Position numbers and translations under genes: made by a program | Notes under the pieces: generated by a model | Databases searched by the model: none | What the model was told of the DNA's origin: nothing | What the model saw: the letters and a program-made list of their open reading frames with translations, nothing else | Shown here: piece after piece, positions 24,960 to 38,405 of the stretch | How positions within the stretch are numbered: position 1 is the first letter of the stretch | How the letters are laid out: every line of letters begins with the position of its first letter | Assembly: GCA_951406725.2 (NCBI GenBank) | Contig: OX597817.1 | Coordinates: forward strand, 94,116,001 to 94,180,000 | Direction: 5' to 3' | Length of the DNA: 64,000 nucleotides | Source of the DNA: Octopus vulgaris | Taxonomy: Eukaryota

Positions 24960-27600
24960 CTCACCTCCCCCATGGACAATATCAGTGTCGTGGAGAGATA
25001 GTATCTGCCTCATGAGCAACTGCTGGTCATCTGTACTTACTCTCCAGGTATCTGCTTTCTGGAGGGAACAGTTTAGCATTACCTCACCTCGATGTACCAT
25101 ACGGAAACCATCCGTCTATCGGTTATAAATCTGCACTCAATTGGTGAGCAGATAGATACCAAGGAAAGCTTTCAACGGTGAGAGAGATCATCCTATTTCA
25201 CTGGACAGGTGCCATCTCATCAAAATCCACCTGCCTCATCGTGCAGGTGGGGTTTAGGGATATGCGTGGCTTGAGATGTGGAAGGTAAATACTGCACTAG
25301 GTACAACAAGAAGACAAAAGAAGTCAGCCCTCAAGTTAGGGGTGTACAAACCATTTTCACTCGACTGTCAGCACTGATTACCAGCGAAATTCTAAAACTT
25401 CAAGTGGATGCTGCAATATTACGAGAGAAATGTTTTTCAGGATTAGGAACTCTATGTAAAAGAGCCGACACCTTTCTTTGGCATGGAAATGGCTTAAACA
25501 AGACTATAGGGTATGGTTTGACTTTGCTATGAGAAATTCACTGCTGAAGATGATAGAGCCCAGTGTGCAAGGAACTGCGCGTTTTTCTCACTTTGACCCA
25601 TACATCTGATGGGTCTGTCAACTTTACGGGTGTCTCCATTCCGATCAACTCTCTATTCTACACAAGATACAAAAGATGAAAACTCTCAAGGACAATTCAA
25701 GAATCCCCAAATCAGGAACAGCTATTGCTGCTTGGTGATTTCTAAGCCAGAGTGAGTACCGTACACTTCCTCTGGTCAGGCTGCCTGAGCCGACATGGAT
25801 TTGGCAGCATAAATAGCAACGGGCAACGTTTGCTTGAACTTTTCATATTTCATGGATTGTACAACCAACACTTACAGTACAAAGTGTCTTGGAGACATTC
25901 TTGTTCCAAACACTAGCACCAACTTTACATTGTACTTGCAATACGTTGCGACTTGAGGAATGTGCTTGTGGAATATGTTTTGGTAAAGCATGACGCCAGA
26001 CACAATACTCTTTGAAACAAGTTCAAGCTGCACTGCTCGAACATGGAGAGTAAGATAAGACTATTAAAAAACTTTACAGGAGGAACCATCAAAGACGAAT
26101 GAAGGCGGATGGAAAAGTAGGTAGAGCATTATTCCGAACTTTGCTTCACAGAAAACCCACTACAATGCGCTAGACATCGTGAAACGCTTGCCAGAAGCGG
26201 AGGAATTCAACTCTGACAACTGCTGAAACGTTGAGTAAAGCTGTTGACGATCTACCCACTTACAAGACACCGAGACTGGATAACATGCCATCAAACCGCA
26301 TCAAGTCTGCAAAGGGATTCTCATTGTTCTACCTACACAAACTATACTGCTAATACTAGAAAGAAAGAGCAGTTTTATAGGACGTAAGAGATTGCTATAT
26401 TGCAACTTTATGCAAGAACAAACGGGAAAGCAGCTATTGTAATCACAGAGAAATCTCTTTGCCGAGCAAAATACAGGGTGGAAAGACAACAGTTCGACAT
26501 TACTTTCGGTAACCTTACGAAGGTCTCCAACCATGTGAGTAGAAACAACTTGTTCAAAATCGTTGTCAAGATTGAATCCCTTTTGAGGTTACTCAGGTAT
26601 ATTCGGTCATTCTACGTTGATATGTGTCATTGAGTTTGATAGCTCTCCCTCGGAATCCTTTAACAATAACAGTGAAGTGAAACAAGGCTGCATTCTTGTC
26701 GCCACTTCGCTATCTTCTTTGGAACATCAACTGATGTTGTTTACTTTCATACAAGATACAAGATCAAACGGGAAACTTCTCAGTTTGTCCCGACTGAAGG
26801 TGTAAAGCAAAGTATGCGAAGTACTCATCAGAGACATGCTGCTTGCAGATGATGCAGGACTGGTAATACATTTAAAGGAGCAACTGCAAAACTTCATGGA
26901 TAGTGTTACAAAAGGCGTCAATCTGATGGAAGTGAAAGTGCAGGTCTAAACTGCTGAACACTCCCTTACTATTACAATCAACGACTATAAGCTGGAGGTT
27001 GTGCATGAATTTACATACCTCGGCTCTACCATACCAACCTCTCCTCTCTCGAGTCTGAGACGTACTGGAGAGCAGCTTCAACACTAATTTGGTTGACAAG
27101 AGTTTGGGAGAAAGCATAGTATAGGTACACGCGAAGGTTCCAGTTTACTGGACTTGAGTCCTCAATACTTTACTTTATGGCAGTAAGACTCGAAGCATCT
27201 ACTCCACACAAAGATGGCATCTCAATACCATCCATCTACGCAGACTGAGACGGAGCTGGACATCAAATGGCTGATTGAGTCACCAATAAAGATGTTCTGA
27301 TTCGAGTGCAAATATCCAGCCCCCTCAACCTACTGAAACAACAACACCTCCATTGACTGAGCCATGCTCACAATATATCCGATGGTAGATCTCGAAAGAC
27401 CTGCTGGATAGAAAATCTGTCTCCAGCAGTAGGAAACAAATACAACCTCATCTTCGTTAAAAAGAAAACTTCACGAGGGACATTGAAATCTCCTGTGGGA
27501 GGACATAGCTTATGATTGCTCCAGCTAGAAATAAAGAAATGTTCAGGAAAACTAGATGAGAGATAGAGCTTTGCTGATAAAGAAAAGTAAACTAAGAAAA
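24960..27600 (+). mobile_element. RTE-clade LINE, heavily degraded
   Basis: Remnant motifs LLLGDF*ARV and NGQRLLE (endonuclease); VKQGCIL, DMLLADDA and EVVHEFTYLGSTI (RT). Confidence 0.8.
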
Positions 27601-29034
27601 GAAACTATGATTTCGACGGGAACCGTCGAAATCATAGTTGGAAAAATTTCCAACTATGATCAAGACTGAACTGCGGTTGGCTAAGCAACATCAGCAGCTA
27701 CAACAACACTAACAGCAATAATATCACCACCACTTTTTAGTATTATCACCACCAGCACTAACATCAGGACAATCAGCATTATCAGTTATTACAAAAATAA
27801 CAACAACGACAACAACGATCTAAAGATGTTACAGTTACTTCGTTTATTCGAATGCATCTGCTTGAAATATCAAGTAAATCACCATCTCATCACATCCAGC
27901 AATGTTAAAAAGATGGACAGTTTGAATGCCGCAGTCCCACGCCCAATAACAACTAGATGAAAGACAAATGGTTACGAGCAAAGTTTTATTCCATCAAGCC
28001 TTGTCTGAAAGTCCAACAACGGCAGCTACGTAGTCCAAAATATGTTTTAAAAACGGTGGGCTACTTATTGAGTCATGAATTCATCTGAATTGAGAAAGTT
28101 AAAAATGTCATCCAAGCTCTTTGACAAAGCAGTTGAGATTCAAAAACAGTGAAGTACGGGACTAAATTCTTCCCAATTATTACTTGTCTTTATTATTGCA
28201 GATGTTGGCAAATTAAGTGCTAGGAAATACTAAGATCGAACTCTTCTGTGTTTGTTAAATATGAGAATTCCAAGAAATTCTAGATAAACCAAAAATCAGT
28301 TCAATAAAAACTGTTTACCCAGACCGAAAGGTTGGAATTCTCTTCGCTTCACTGTACACGTTAATCGTTGCCCACTTTTGCCTTTTGAGAAATCGATGTT
28401 ATTATCTTATCAATTAGCAGAAACGATAGAGTGTCGAATAAAATGTCAGAAATCATTTAGTCCAAAGTTGACAGTTTAAATTTCGCTAGAATGAACTTTA
28501 GTTTTCATGTTCTTCCGCGGTCAAGCTGTATGTAAGAGGAATATATATATATATATATACATATAGGAGCATATTTAAATCGCTGTGCCCGCTACTCTTA
28601 AATAACTGACAGTGTAGCAAGGGAATGTGAACAATAGTCTGTTATAAAGGTGACAGTGATGAATGTGATATTGGTGAGACAGGGCAGATACGTTACTAAA
28701 TTGTGGCTTCTATTTCGCATCATTTTGAAACATACTAATAACAATTAACAGCGAAATGTTTTCTACATCGCAAATGTGATCATGACATAATCGTCGTCGT
28801 TGTGGTTGATGGTGCCAGTGCTGCTGCTGCTGTTGTTGTTGTTACTGTTATGGTTGTTTCTGTTCTCTTGCTGTTGCTGTTGTTGTTCATGCTGTTCCTG
28901 ATGCTGAGGTTGTTCATACTGTTGCTGTTCTTGTTGTTCAATGATTGAACAGATTTATGAGTAAAGGCTTTCCAGCCCTGACCCTCTCGATATTTTGTAT
29001 ATAGGGAACTACAATATTCAGTGTACCTGTGAAA

Positions 29035-29212
29035 GCACGTGGATCAGTGGTTAGGGTATTCGGCTCACGATCGTGAGTTCGGGTCCTAACAGCGCGTTAT
29101 GTCCTTGAGCAAGACATTTTATTTTACGTTTCTCCAATCCACTCAGCTAGCAAATATGAGATGTACATGTGATTCAAATGGCCAGCCTTGTCACATTGTG
29201 CCACGGTGAATC
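29035..29212 (+). mobile_element. tRNA-derived SINE, degraded
   Basis: TGGATCAGTGGTTAGG A box, GAGTTCG B box remnant, then GTCCTTGAGCAAGACA. Confidence 0.65.
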
Positions 29213-29217
29213 TCCCT

Positions 29218-30295
<1,078 letters not shown>

Positions 30296-30404
30296 GTTGT
30301 TGTTGTTGTTGTTGTTATTATTATTATAATTATAATAATTATTATTATTATCATTATTATAATTATCAGTATCATTATCATCATCATCATTACCATTATT
30401 ATTA

Positions 30405-33400
30405 TGTTTTTTCCTTCTTTCTTCAAATTTTCTTCCATTTCTCGCCGAGTGTTTTCCATACACCTAGGCAGATAAGCTTATTGTATGCATTCCCAGATTA
30501 CGCGCGCAAATTCACAGATAAAATATGTATTTAAATTTTTTTAAATAAATAAATTCATGGATGGATGTTATTTTCACAGCGATAGTGCTCTTCTCAGTAC
30601 ATGAGCCGTTCCTGTTAACACGATTTTTTGCACTTTCTGTAGGGATGGTAAGCCTGGAATCATTTTCAAATAGGTTTCAGTACCTTTTTTTTATCATTCC
30701 TAGAAATCCTACAATCACTGGTACTGTATTCGCCTTGAGATGCCACATTTTTTCAATTTCTATTAGCAGGTCTTTATATTTACTAATCTTGTCAAATTCT
30801 TTCGCCGCTATATTGTGATCACAGGGAATACTCACGTCAATTAATAAACACATGCTTTTTGTCTGATCTTTTATAATAATATCCGGTTTATTAGCTTTTA
30901 TAGTTTTGTCGGTCTGCACGGGGAAGTCCCACAGAATCGACACATTTTCTCCCTCAGTCACAGCTTCAGGATGATGTTTATACCATTTGTCAGAGGATTT
31001 GATTTTATAATGCCGACATATTGTCCAATGTAAATACTGGCCGACTCTGTCATGTCTTGTTTTATATTCTGCAGGTGCTAAGACACTACACCCTGAGATT
31101 AGGTGGTCTATTGTTTCAATCTCATCGTTACAGAATCGGCATTTTGGGTCAGCTCCATTTTTCATCACATTGGCTTGGTAGTTCCAGGTTAATAAGCTTT
31201 GGTCTTGAGCAGCTAATATGAAACCTTTACTCTCTGCTTTTAGCCCTGAACTTCGTAACCATTGGTGCGTGTATTTCTGGTCGACATCAGCTTGTTTGCT
31301 ACGGCCCACATACTTGCCATGGAGAGGTTTCTGTTCCCATCTGCTAGCTAAATTTTCATGTGCTTTTGTCTTTGCAATTAATTTTATTTTCTTTGCAGCT
31401 GCAGTTGGCGCATTTCCTTCAGCCTGCTCAATCTGGTGGGTATCTAAGAGATTAGCAGCGAATTTTTTGCTCTCTTTGAGAATAGAGTGAAGTTTTTTAG
31501 GTCTTTCATGTTTTTCAACAAGTTTTAGCATCCAATCGTTGGTTGCTTCAAGGTATTTGGCCAGTCCGATTGTGGTGGTTTTCTATGTAAGTTCAAGCTG
31601 GATCAAACCTCGACCTCTCTGAGCTCTGGGAAGGTAAAGGCGATCCACGTCTGCCTTTGGATAGTGCATCTTATTACAAGTCAGTAGCTTGCAGATTTTT
31701 CTGTCAATTTTCATTATTTCACTGGTATTCCAGTTGAGCACATTGAAGCTATAAAGAACAACTGGTACTGCTAAGGAATTTATGGCTAAAACCTTATTAT
31801 ATGCATTCAGCTCAGACTTCAGGACTGCTCGAACTCTTCTATAACATTCCTTCCTAACCTTCTTTTTCATGCTTGCATGCTGGATACCAGAGCCTTCATT
31901 TATTCCTAGGTATTTATAGGTTTGTTCCTGCTCAAGTTCCTTCATTGCTATTTCGACATCTAATTCGATTGAACTAGACTTTACCAATTTCCCTTTCTTA
32001 AAAGTGGCTTTGGCACACTTTTCAAGGCCAAAATCCATCCCGATATCATCACTGAATCCTTTCACAGTATGTAATAACCCTTCAAGCTCTTCATCATCTT
32101 TGCCATATAGCTTTAAGTCATCCATATAAAATAGATGGCTTATTTTCCAGTTGTCAATTTTGTAGCCATATTCTGTTCTATTCAGTTCACTTGAGAGTGG
32201 TATTAGTGCTATGCAGAAAATTAGTGGTGAAAGTGAGTCACCTTGGAAAATTCCACAGTTTATGCTAATGTTGTTTGAGTGCAATACTCCATTAGAATGA
32301 TATAATTAGAGCTTCGTGTTCCATAGTGACATATTATACTTTAAAAAATCTGAAATCACAAGAGAAATTTTGAAAATGTCCAGCGATTTCAGAATCCACG
32401 AATGTGGTATGCTGTCAAAGGCTTTTTTATAATCAATCCATGAAGAGCTGAGATTTCTGCGCTTGTTATGGCAGTTCTCAATGATCATGCGATTAATTAG
32501 GAGCTGATCTTAGTATCCGTATGAGCCTCGTCTGCATCCTTTTTGTTCAGTGGGAAAGAGGTTATTCCCTTCCATAAACGTATATGTTTTCTCTACTAGA
32601 ATAGATGTCAAAATCTTATAGGTAGTAGATAAACATGTTATAGGCCGGTAGTTTTTGGGTCTTTCGTTTTGTTATTTTGGTAGTTTGGGTAGGATGTAAG
32701 TAATACCATTTGCCATCCAATGTGGTGTTTTTTTTTTCGGGTCTTTCATAATACTATTAAATAGTATTACTAACATTTTGTGTGCGGACGAGAGTGATGA
32801 GAGCAGAGAAATTTGGTACTCTATCAATACCAGGGGATTTCCACTTATGAGCCTTCGTTAGTGCCCTCCTGAGGTCGGCGATTGAGATGTCTTACCACAC
32901 CTGTTCTTGTAGATTTTTGTAGTCATCTTGGGTGCGTTTGATCCACTCTGCATTTTCATTGTATGGTTTCTCATCACTCCAGATCCCCTTCCAAAAGTTT
33001 TCAACTTCTTCCATTAGGGGTGGATTTTCAATGGTTAGTTTTTCTTTCCCTATTTCCCTGTAAAATTATTTGGCATTGGATTTGAACATCTTATTTTGTT
33101 TGTAGAATTTGATTCTTTTCTCAAATCTACGTATTCTCTGAGCTTTTGCTTGAACTTTTTGTTTAAGTGTTTCTTTCGCTGACATTAGTTCTTCTCTTGT
33201 TGAATGTCCATATTTTCTCACAAACTTCCTGCCTTTTCTTGATCTTACATCATTTCCAGAGATTAGCTCAGTTAATATTGATATCTCCCTTCGGAATGAT
33301 TCAATTTCAGTTTCAATTCTACTCCTCCAGTTTGATTTTCTTTTCGAATTTGGTATTCTTGGCTTTTTGAGTTTTAAACAGCGTCTTTCGATTACCTTAG

Positions 33401-34080
33401 CGACAGAGTAAATAATTTCATATAATTTATTAAGATCGAGTTTTAGTTGTTGTATGATTTCGTGTGTAACGCAGTTGCCAATTTTTATTTGTGTTTTATG
33501 TTGGTATGCATTTGAGAGTTTATGGAGTGGTTCCCTATCATTCATAGTTATATGCCCTACAACTGCAAGCTCATTCAGAACTTCTTGCTTCATTTCAATG
33601 ATAGATTTTCTGTGTTGTTCAACAAACATGTGTTCTTCAAATTCTGTTTCGACATCATTTTCAGGGCTGTTTTTCTAGGGTCATTATATTTTCCTTCGTC
33701 TTCAGGATCTTGGGTAGTTTCGGCAGATGGTCGCCTTTCAGTCAATGCTTGTGGCCCAACATTCCTCTCCCCAGCTTCGTTATTTCTTTCCTGACTTAAA
33801 TTTAGGTCATTCTCTACCACTTTTTTAATAGAGGTTAATTCTGCATCTGTGAGTCTGGTATTTCTGAAGATATCTCTTCTAACATTTGCTAATCTGTTTT
33901 CATCCAGGTTTGGTCTGCTAGCTGGATTCCGGCTTCTCCTAATTCTGTAGGAGTTTGCGGTATGTTTCTGTTGGGTTGGTCTACTTAATGCAAAGTAATA
34001 AGCATATATTACTTCTTTATATTCTTCCCGGTTCCATTTAGTTCTTTTACTTTTTTGATTTTCTGGTCGTTGTGGTGGTG
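30405..34080 (-). mobile_element. R4/Dong-clade LINE, near full length, frameshifted
   Basis: RT motifs YRPITCL, WIDYKKAFDSIPHSW, GIFQGDSLSPLIFC, HLFYMDDLKLY, YKYLG. CCHC CRFCNDEIETIDHLISGC and REL KPDII...IDVSIP. (AAT)n tail. Confidence 0.93.
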
Positions 34081-34454
34081 AATGTTGGGCCACAAGCATT
34101 GACTGAAACTACCCAAGATCCTGAAGACGAAGGAAAATATAATGACCCTAGAAAAACAGCCCTGAAAATGATGTCAAAACAGAATTTGAAGAACACATGT
34201 TTGTTGAACAACACAGAAATGAAGCAAGAAGTTCTGAATGAGCTTGCAGTTGTAGGGCATATAACTATGAATGATAGGGAACCACTCCATAAACTCTCAA
34301 ATGCATACCAACATAAAACACAAATAAAAATTGGCAACTGCGTTACACACGAAATCATACAACAACTAAAACCCGATCTTAATAAATTATATGAAATTAT
34401 TTACTCTGTCGCTAAGGTAATCGAAAGACGATGTTTAACACTCAAAAAGCCAAG
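34080..34454 (+). repeat. Inverted duplication of Dong segment 33358-33764
   Basis: Reverse-complement copy with two deletions of 18 and 14 bp. Confidence 0.9.
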
Positions 34455-34737
34455 TGACAAATCCCGTTTAAGTGACCTTCCAGGTTCGTATTCGGGGAAG
34501 ATATTCTGTCATTTGAAAATTTTTCGCCATCAGGCGCGCTTCCTTTATAACCATTGGACAAGCGATTCGGTGTACTGTTAGAAATTTTCTTTTCAAGTAA
34601 AGTTAAATTAGTAAGTTTTCATTTTAAAAAATATAAATAAAATTTTTTTTTAAATAAATAAATAAATAAAAAAAAGATAAAATAAAAATAAAAAAATAAA
34701 AAATTTAACCACTAATTTTCATATAGGGGCCTCATTT

Positions 34738-35105
34738 ATCATCATTAGCAGCAGCAGCATCACTATCAGCAGTTGCAACAGCAGTGGTAGTAGCAATAGT
34801 AATGGCCGCAGAAACAGCAGCAGTAGTAGTAGCAGCAACAGCATCAGCAGCAGCAGTGGTAGTATCAGCAGTTGTGGTAGTACCAGTAGTAGTAGCAGCA
34901 GCGGTGGCAGCAGCAGCAATGGTAGCAATAGTAGTAGTAACAGTAGCAGTGACAGCAGTAGCATTGGTAGCAGCAACAGCAGCAGAGGTAGCAATAGCAG
35001 AAGTAGTGACAGCAGCAGCAGCAGTATTAGTAACTGCAGCAGTAGTAGTAGCTACCGCAGCAGCAGCACCAGTACCAGTAGCAGCGGTAGTAGTAGTAGT
35101 AGTAA
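34738..35105. repeat. Degenerate (CAG/TAG)n trinucleotide array
   Basis: Direct reading. The poly-Ala/Val and poly-Leu ORFs over it are artefacts. Confidence 0.9.
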
Positions 35106-35532
35106 GTGTCGCTCATGTAATTTTTCTTTTTTTTTTAGGTGGGATGGGGTCCTATCGATCAAAAAAAGTTCAAATGTCTACTATTACTAGCAGCGAACAG
35201 TGACCTTAACTTTAAGAAAAATTAAAGAAGGGCCGAGTTACTCTGTTCTGTATTACTTGTGAATAGAGAAGTTGTGTTCGACCAGAGAGAATCTATAATT
35301 AGTATCATTATTTTTTTCCATGTGCGTTTGTGTTATTTCAATAAAGAGTGTTTGTATATTTCGGGTAAGGTAATATTGTAGAGATTGAAGTTGACTTTTC
35401 GAGAGATGTTTGTATGTCCAGTTAGAAGAACGGGTGTGTTTTTGCAATGTTAGTTAGTTAGTTAGTTAATTTGGCTCAAAAGCAAATAGCAAGGCCATGT
35501 AGGAGGACATGGAGTTAAGTACAGGGTGGTGT

Positions 35533-37305
35533 TCATGTAAAGAGTTCAGGCCACTTGAGGTCCAGGGAGGCTTTGAACAAAGCGGTTGTCAGCATCTTCA
35601 CCATCTCGTCTGGCAGCTTGTTCCACGGATCCGCAACCCGGACGGAGAAAGCTCCTCTCCTTCGATTGAGATGAAATCGTCGCAGGTAGAGCTTTTCGGA
35701 ATGACCCCGCAGCCGACGCTCTGGAGCAGGAGTGAAGAACAGCTCTTTCGAGAGGTTACACTTTCCGCTTATAATGTTGTGGGCGAGAATGAGATCACCA
35801 CGGCGGCGGCGTTTTTCAAGAGAATAAAGGTCGAGCGTCCTCAGCCTTTCTTCGTAGGACAAATTTTTGAGACCATGAACCATGCGGGTAGCCAGCCTCT
35901 GGACTCTTTCGAGATGCTGTATGTCTTTGAGGAGATAAGGAGAAGAGGCCTGAATCCCATACTCCAATATGGGTCTCACCAGCGTGACATAGAGTGGTAG
36001 GAATATGGCTGCTGTGAGCATTCCGAATGACCGTCGAATCAAGAACAGAATTCCGCGTGCTTTATTGGCAGCATGGACGCACTGGGCCGAAGGCGAAAAG
36101 GAGGAATCCACCAAGATACCCAGGTCCTTTACCTGAACGGTCCTCTCCAGCAGCAGACGACCCGGCTCGAAATCAAGTTGAGTTGCAGGAGTAGAGCCGA
36201 CAGGCAGATGACAGCACTTTGACACGTTCAGACACAGGTCCCAATCGTTAGACCACTTCCAAATTTGGTGGAGGCATCGACGAAGATCCTCTATATTACC
36301 GCGAAGAGCGACCAGTTTGATATCGTCGGCAAATAGAAGGGTGTGTTGCGTGAGGTCGTCGGGCAAGTCATTTATGAAGACTAAGAACAACAAGGGCCCA
36401 AGCACTGAACCTTGAGGCACGCCACTGCTCGCACTGGAGACGTCGGACCGCGAACCATTAACTTGGACTTGGAAGGAGCGATCTGAGAGGAAGGCACCAA
36501 CCCATCGTATAATATCCGGATGGAAACTATATGCTTGAAGCTTGACAAGTAATAGGCGGTGGTTTACCGAGTCAAAAGCTTTGGCAAAGTCCAATAAAAC
36601 GATGTCAACAGCATCACTATCATCGAGGATGCGCGTCACCAATTCTTCCATTACTAGTAAGTTGGTCAAGCATGATCTCTTCGGCACGAAGCCGTGTTGG
36701 GAATCAGAGATAGAGGCTGTGTTTAGGAGGTGGAGCATCATACTTTTCTTAAGGATGGTTTCGAACATCTTGCTGATTATTGATGTAAGGGAAACCGGTC
36801 GGTAGTTAAGCGGGTCTTCGCGGCTCCCTTTCTTGAAAATTGGGCAGATTATCGCTGTTCTCCAGTCTGCAGGTATAACACCCGTCGCCAATGACATATT
36901 GAATAGTCGTGTTAAGGGCTCGCAGATGACCGGAGCCAACGCTTTGATAACCCGTGGGTGTATGCCGTCAGGGCCGTGACCCTTGTTGACATCGAGGCCT
37001 TGAATAACACGTTTGACTTCGTCCCGCGTGATGACCAATCGAAGCATTGGAGGTACCGATCTATCAAATGGAGGGGGTTCACGGCCATCATCTTGTTTGA
37101 AAATAGTTGAAAAAGCCTCGGCAAATAATTGACTCTGCTGATAAGGGTCCTCAATCGATACGCCTGTTGAGTCTACCAACGTTGCAATCTGGTTGTTCAA
37201 GCGGGAATTCCGCTGGACATGGGCAAAGAAGGTTTTTGGATTGCTACTGGCATTTGCCGCGATTTTGTATTCATAACTGAAGCGTTCTCTCTTTTCAATT
37301 TTCAC
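35533..37305 (-). CDS. CR1 ORF2 reverse transcriptase part (after frameshift)
   Basis: GPDGIHP, NYRPVSLTS, QHGF, DFAKAFDSV, GVPQGSVLGPLLF, FADD, KDLGI, RRRRGDLI, LRGHS. Confidence 0.93.
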   Translation of the reverse strand: MKIEKRERFSYEYKIAANASSNPKTFFAHVQRNSRLNNQIATLVDSTGVSIEDPYQQSQLFAEAFSTIFKQDDGREPPPFDRSVPPMLRLVITRDEVKRVIQGLDVNKGHGPDGIHPRVIKALAPVICEPLTRLFNMSLATGVIPADWRTAIICPIFKKGSREDPLNYRPVSLTSIISKMFETILKKSMMLHLLNTASISDSQHGFVPKRSCLTNLLVMEELVTRILDDSDAVDIVLLDFAKAFDSVNHRLLLVKLQAYSFHPDIIRWVGAFLSDRSFQVQVNGSRSDVSSASSGVPQGSVLGPLLFLVFINDLPDDLTQHTLLFADDIKLVALRGNIEDLRRCLHQIWKWSNDWDLCLNVSKCCHLPVGSTPATQLDFEPGRLLLERTVQVKDLGILVDSSFSPSAQCVHAANKARGILFLIRRSFGMLTAAIFLPLYVTLVRPILEYGIQASSPYLLKDIQHLERVQRLATRMVHGLKNLSYEERLRTLDLYSLEKRRRRGDLILAHNIISGKCNLSKELFFTPAPERRLRGHSEKLYLRRFHLNRRRGAFSVRVADPWNKLPDEMVKMLTTALFKASLDLKWPELFT

Positions 37306-38405
37306 GGCTCGGTCTCGTTGAATTCAGCCCAAGCAATATCTCTGAGTCGACGTTCTCGTTTAACCTTCTTCGTTACCCAGGGCTTGTGTTTCTTCTTCTT
37401 GGGAAGCCCAACGGGAACTGCCTGGTCAGTCAAACAGATTACATATGCTTTGAGGGATGACCATAGTTCGTCAACAGAGGACAACGTCATCAGAGATCGC
37501 CAGTCCAGAAGCGCGGAAGCCTCGGTTAGAATTTCAAGATTAATTGCAGAGAAGACTCTACGTGGCAGCGAAGTAGTCGTGGGCGTAGAAAAAGTTGTGT
37601 GCATGACGAACTTCAGGACCGCATGATCACTCTTGGCAAGAGGGGCGCACACAGATACGTCTGACACTGATCTTGGATAGCGGGAGAATACCAGATCTAG
37701 CATAGATGGCTGCTGCCCAGACCGATGCCTTGTCGGATATTCAACATGTTGCGATAGAAAACAATATTCAACATGTTGCGATAGAAAACAATCTTCAGCC
37801 ACGTCAAGAAGGGCCTGGCCGAAACGGGAAGATGTTGTACAAATTGATGCGGGCCAATCGATCGTGGGAGCGTTGAAGTCTCCTAGTACCAAACATTCAT
37901 GCGAAGCTGAAACGAATCTTATCGCTTCGAGTAAATGAGTATCGTCCTGGGGGTCGGCAAGAGGCGGCCTGTAGACAGCCAACACGGGCAGGCAAAACTC
38001 AGATAGGCTCAGCTTGCAATAGACGGCATCGAATTTTGTTGTAGGTTGAGCATTAGTGGGTAGAATACCGCTGGACGGTTTGTGCTCAGACTTAACATAC
38101 ACAGCAACACCTCCACCTCGCCTTTTTCCTCTGTCACATCTGAAAAGGACGTAGCCCTGCAGGTGGATTTCTGAGTCCTTTACTGCTGGAGTCAGCCAAG
38201 TCTCGGTGATAGCTATCACATCAGGGGAGTCACGTATGGCCAGTGTAAATAGTTCACTGAACTTTGGGAATAAGGAGCACGAGTTGGTGTAGACGATACT
38301 GAGCTGTGAAGTCTGACGGGCGGGAGTTGGGGAACAAGCAGAATAAGGGGTATCAGAGATAGCGTCGTTGACGGGGGTATCAACTTCACTTCGATTTGCC
38401 CTCAC
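37302..38405 (-). CDS. CR1 ORF2 APE endonuclease part
   Basis: YTNS, ITETWL, RRGGGVAVYV, VYRPP, LGDFNAP, LDLVF, SDH. Overlaps the ORF1 stop (GTGA). Has a 27-bp internal duplication (CFLSQHVEY twice). Confidence 0.92.
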   Translation of the reverse strand: MRANRSEVDTPVNDAISDTPYSACSPTPARQTSQLSIVYTNSCSLFPKFSELFTLAIRDSPDVIAITETWLTPAVKDSEIHLQGYVLFRCDRGKRRGGGVAVYVKSEHKPSSGILPTNAQPTTKFDAVYCKLSLSEFCLPVLAVYRPPLADPQDDTHLLEAIRFVSASHECLVLGDFNAPTIDWPASICTTSSRFGQALLDVAEDCFLSQHVEYCFLSQHVEYPTRHRSGQQPSMLDLVFSRYPRSVSDVSVCAPLAKSDHAVLKFVMHTTFSTPTTTSLPRRVFSAINLEILTEASALLDWRSLMTLSSVDELWSSLKAYVICLTDQAVPVGLPKKKKHKPWVTKKVKRERRLRDIAWAEFNETEP

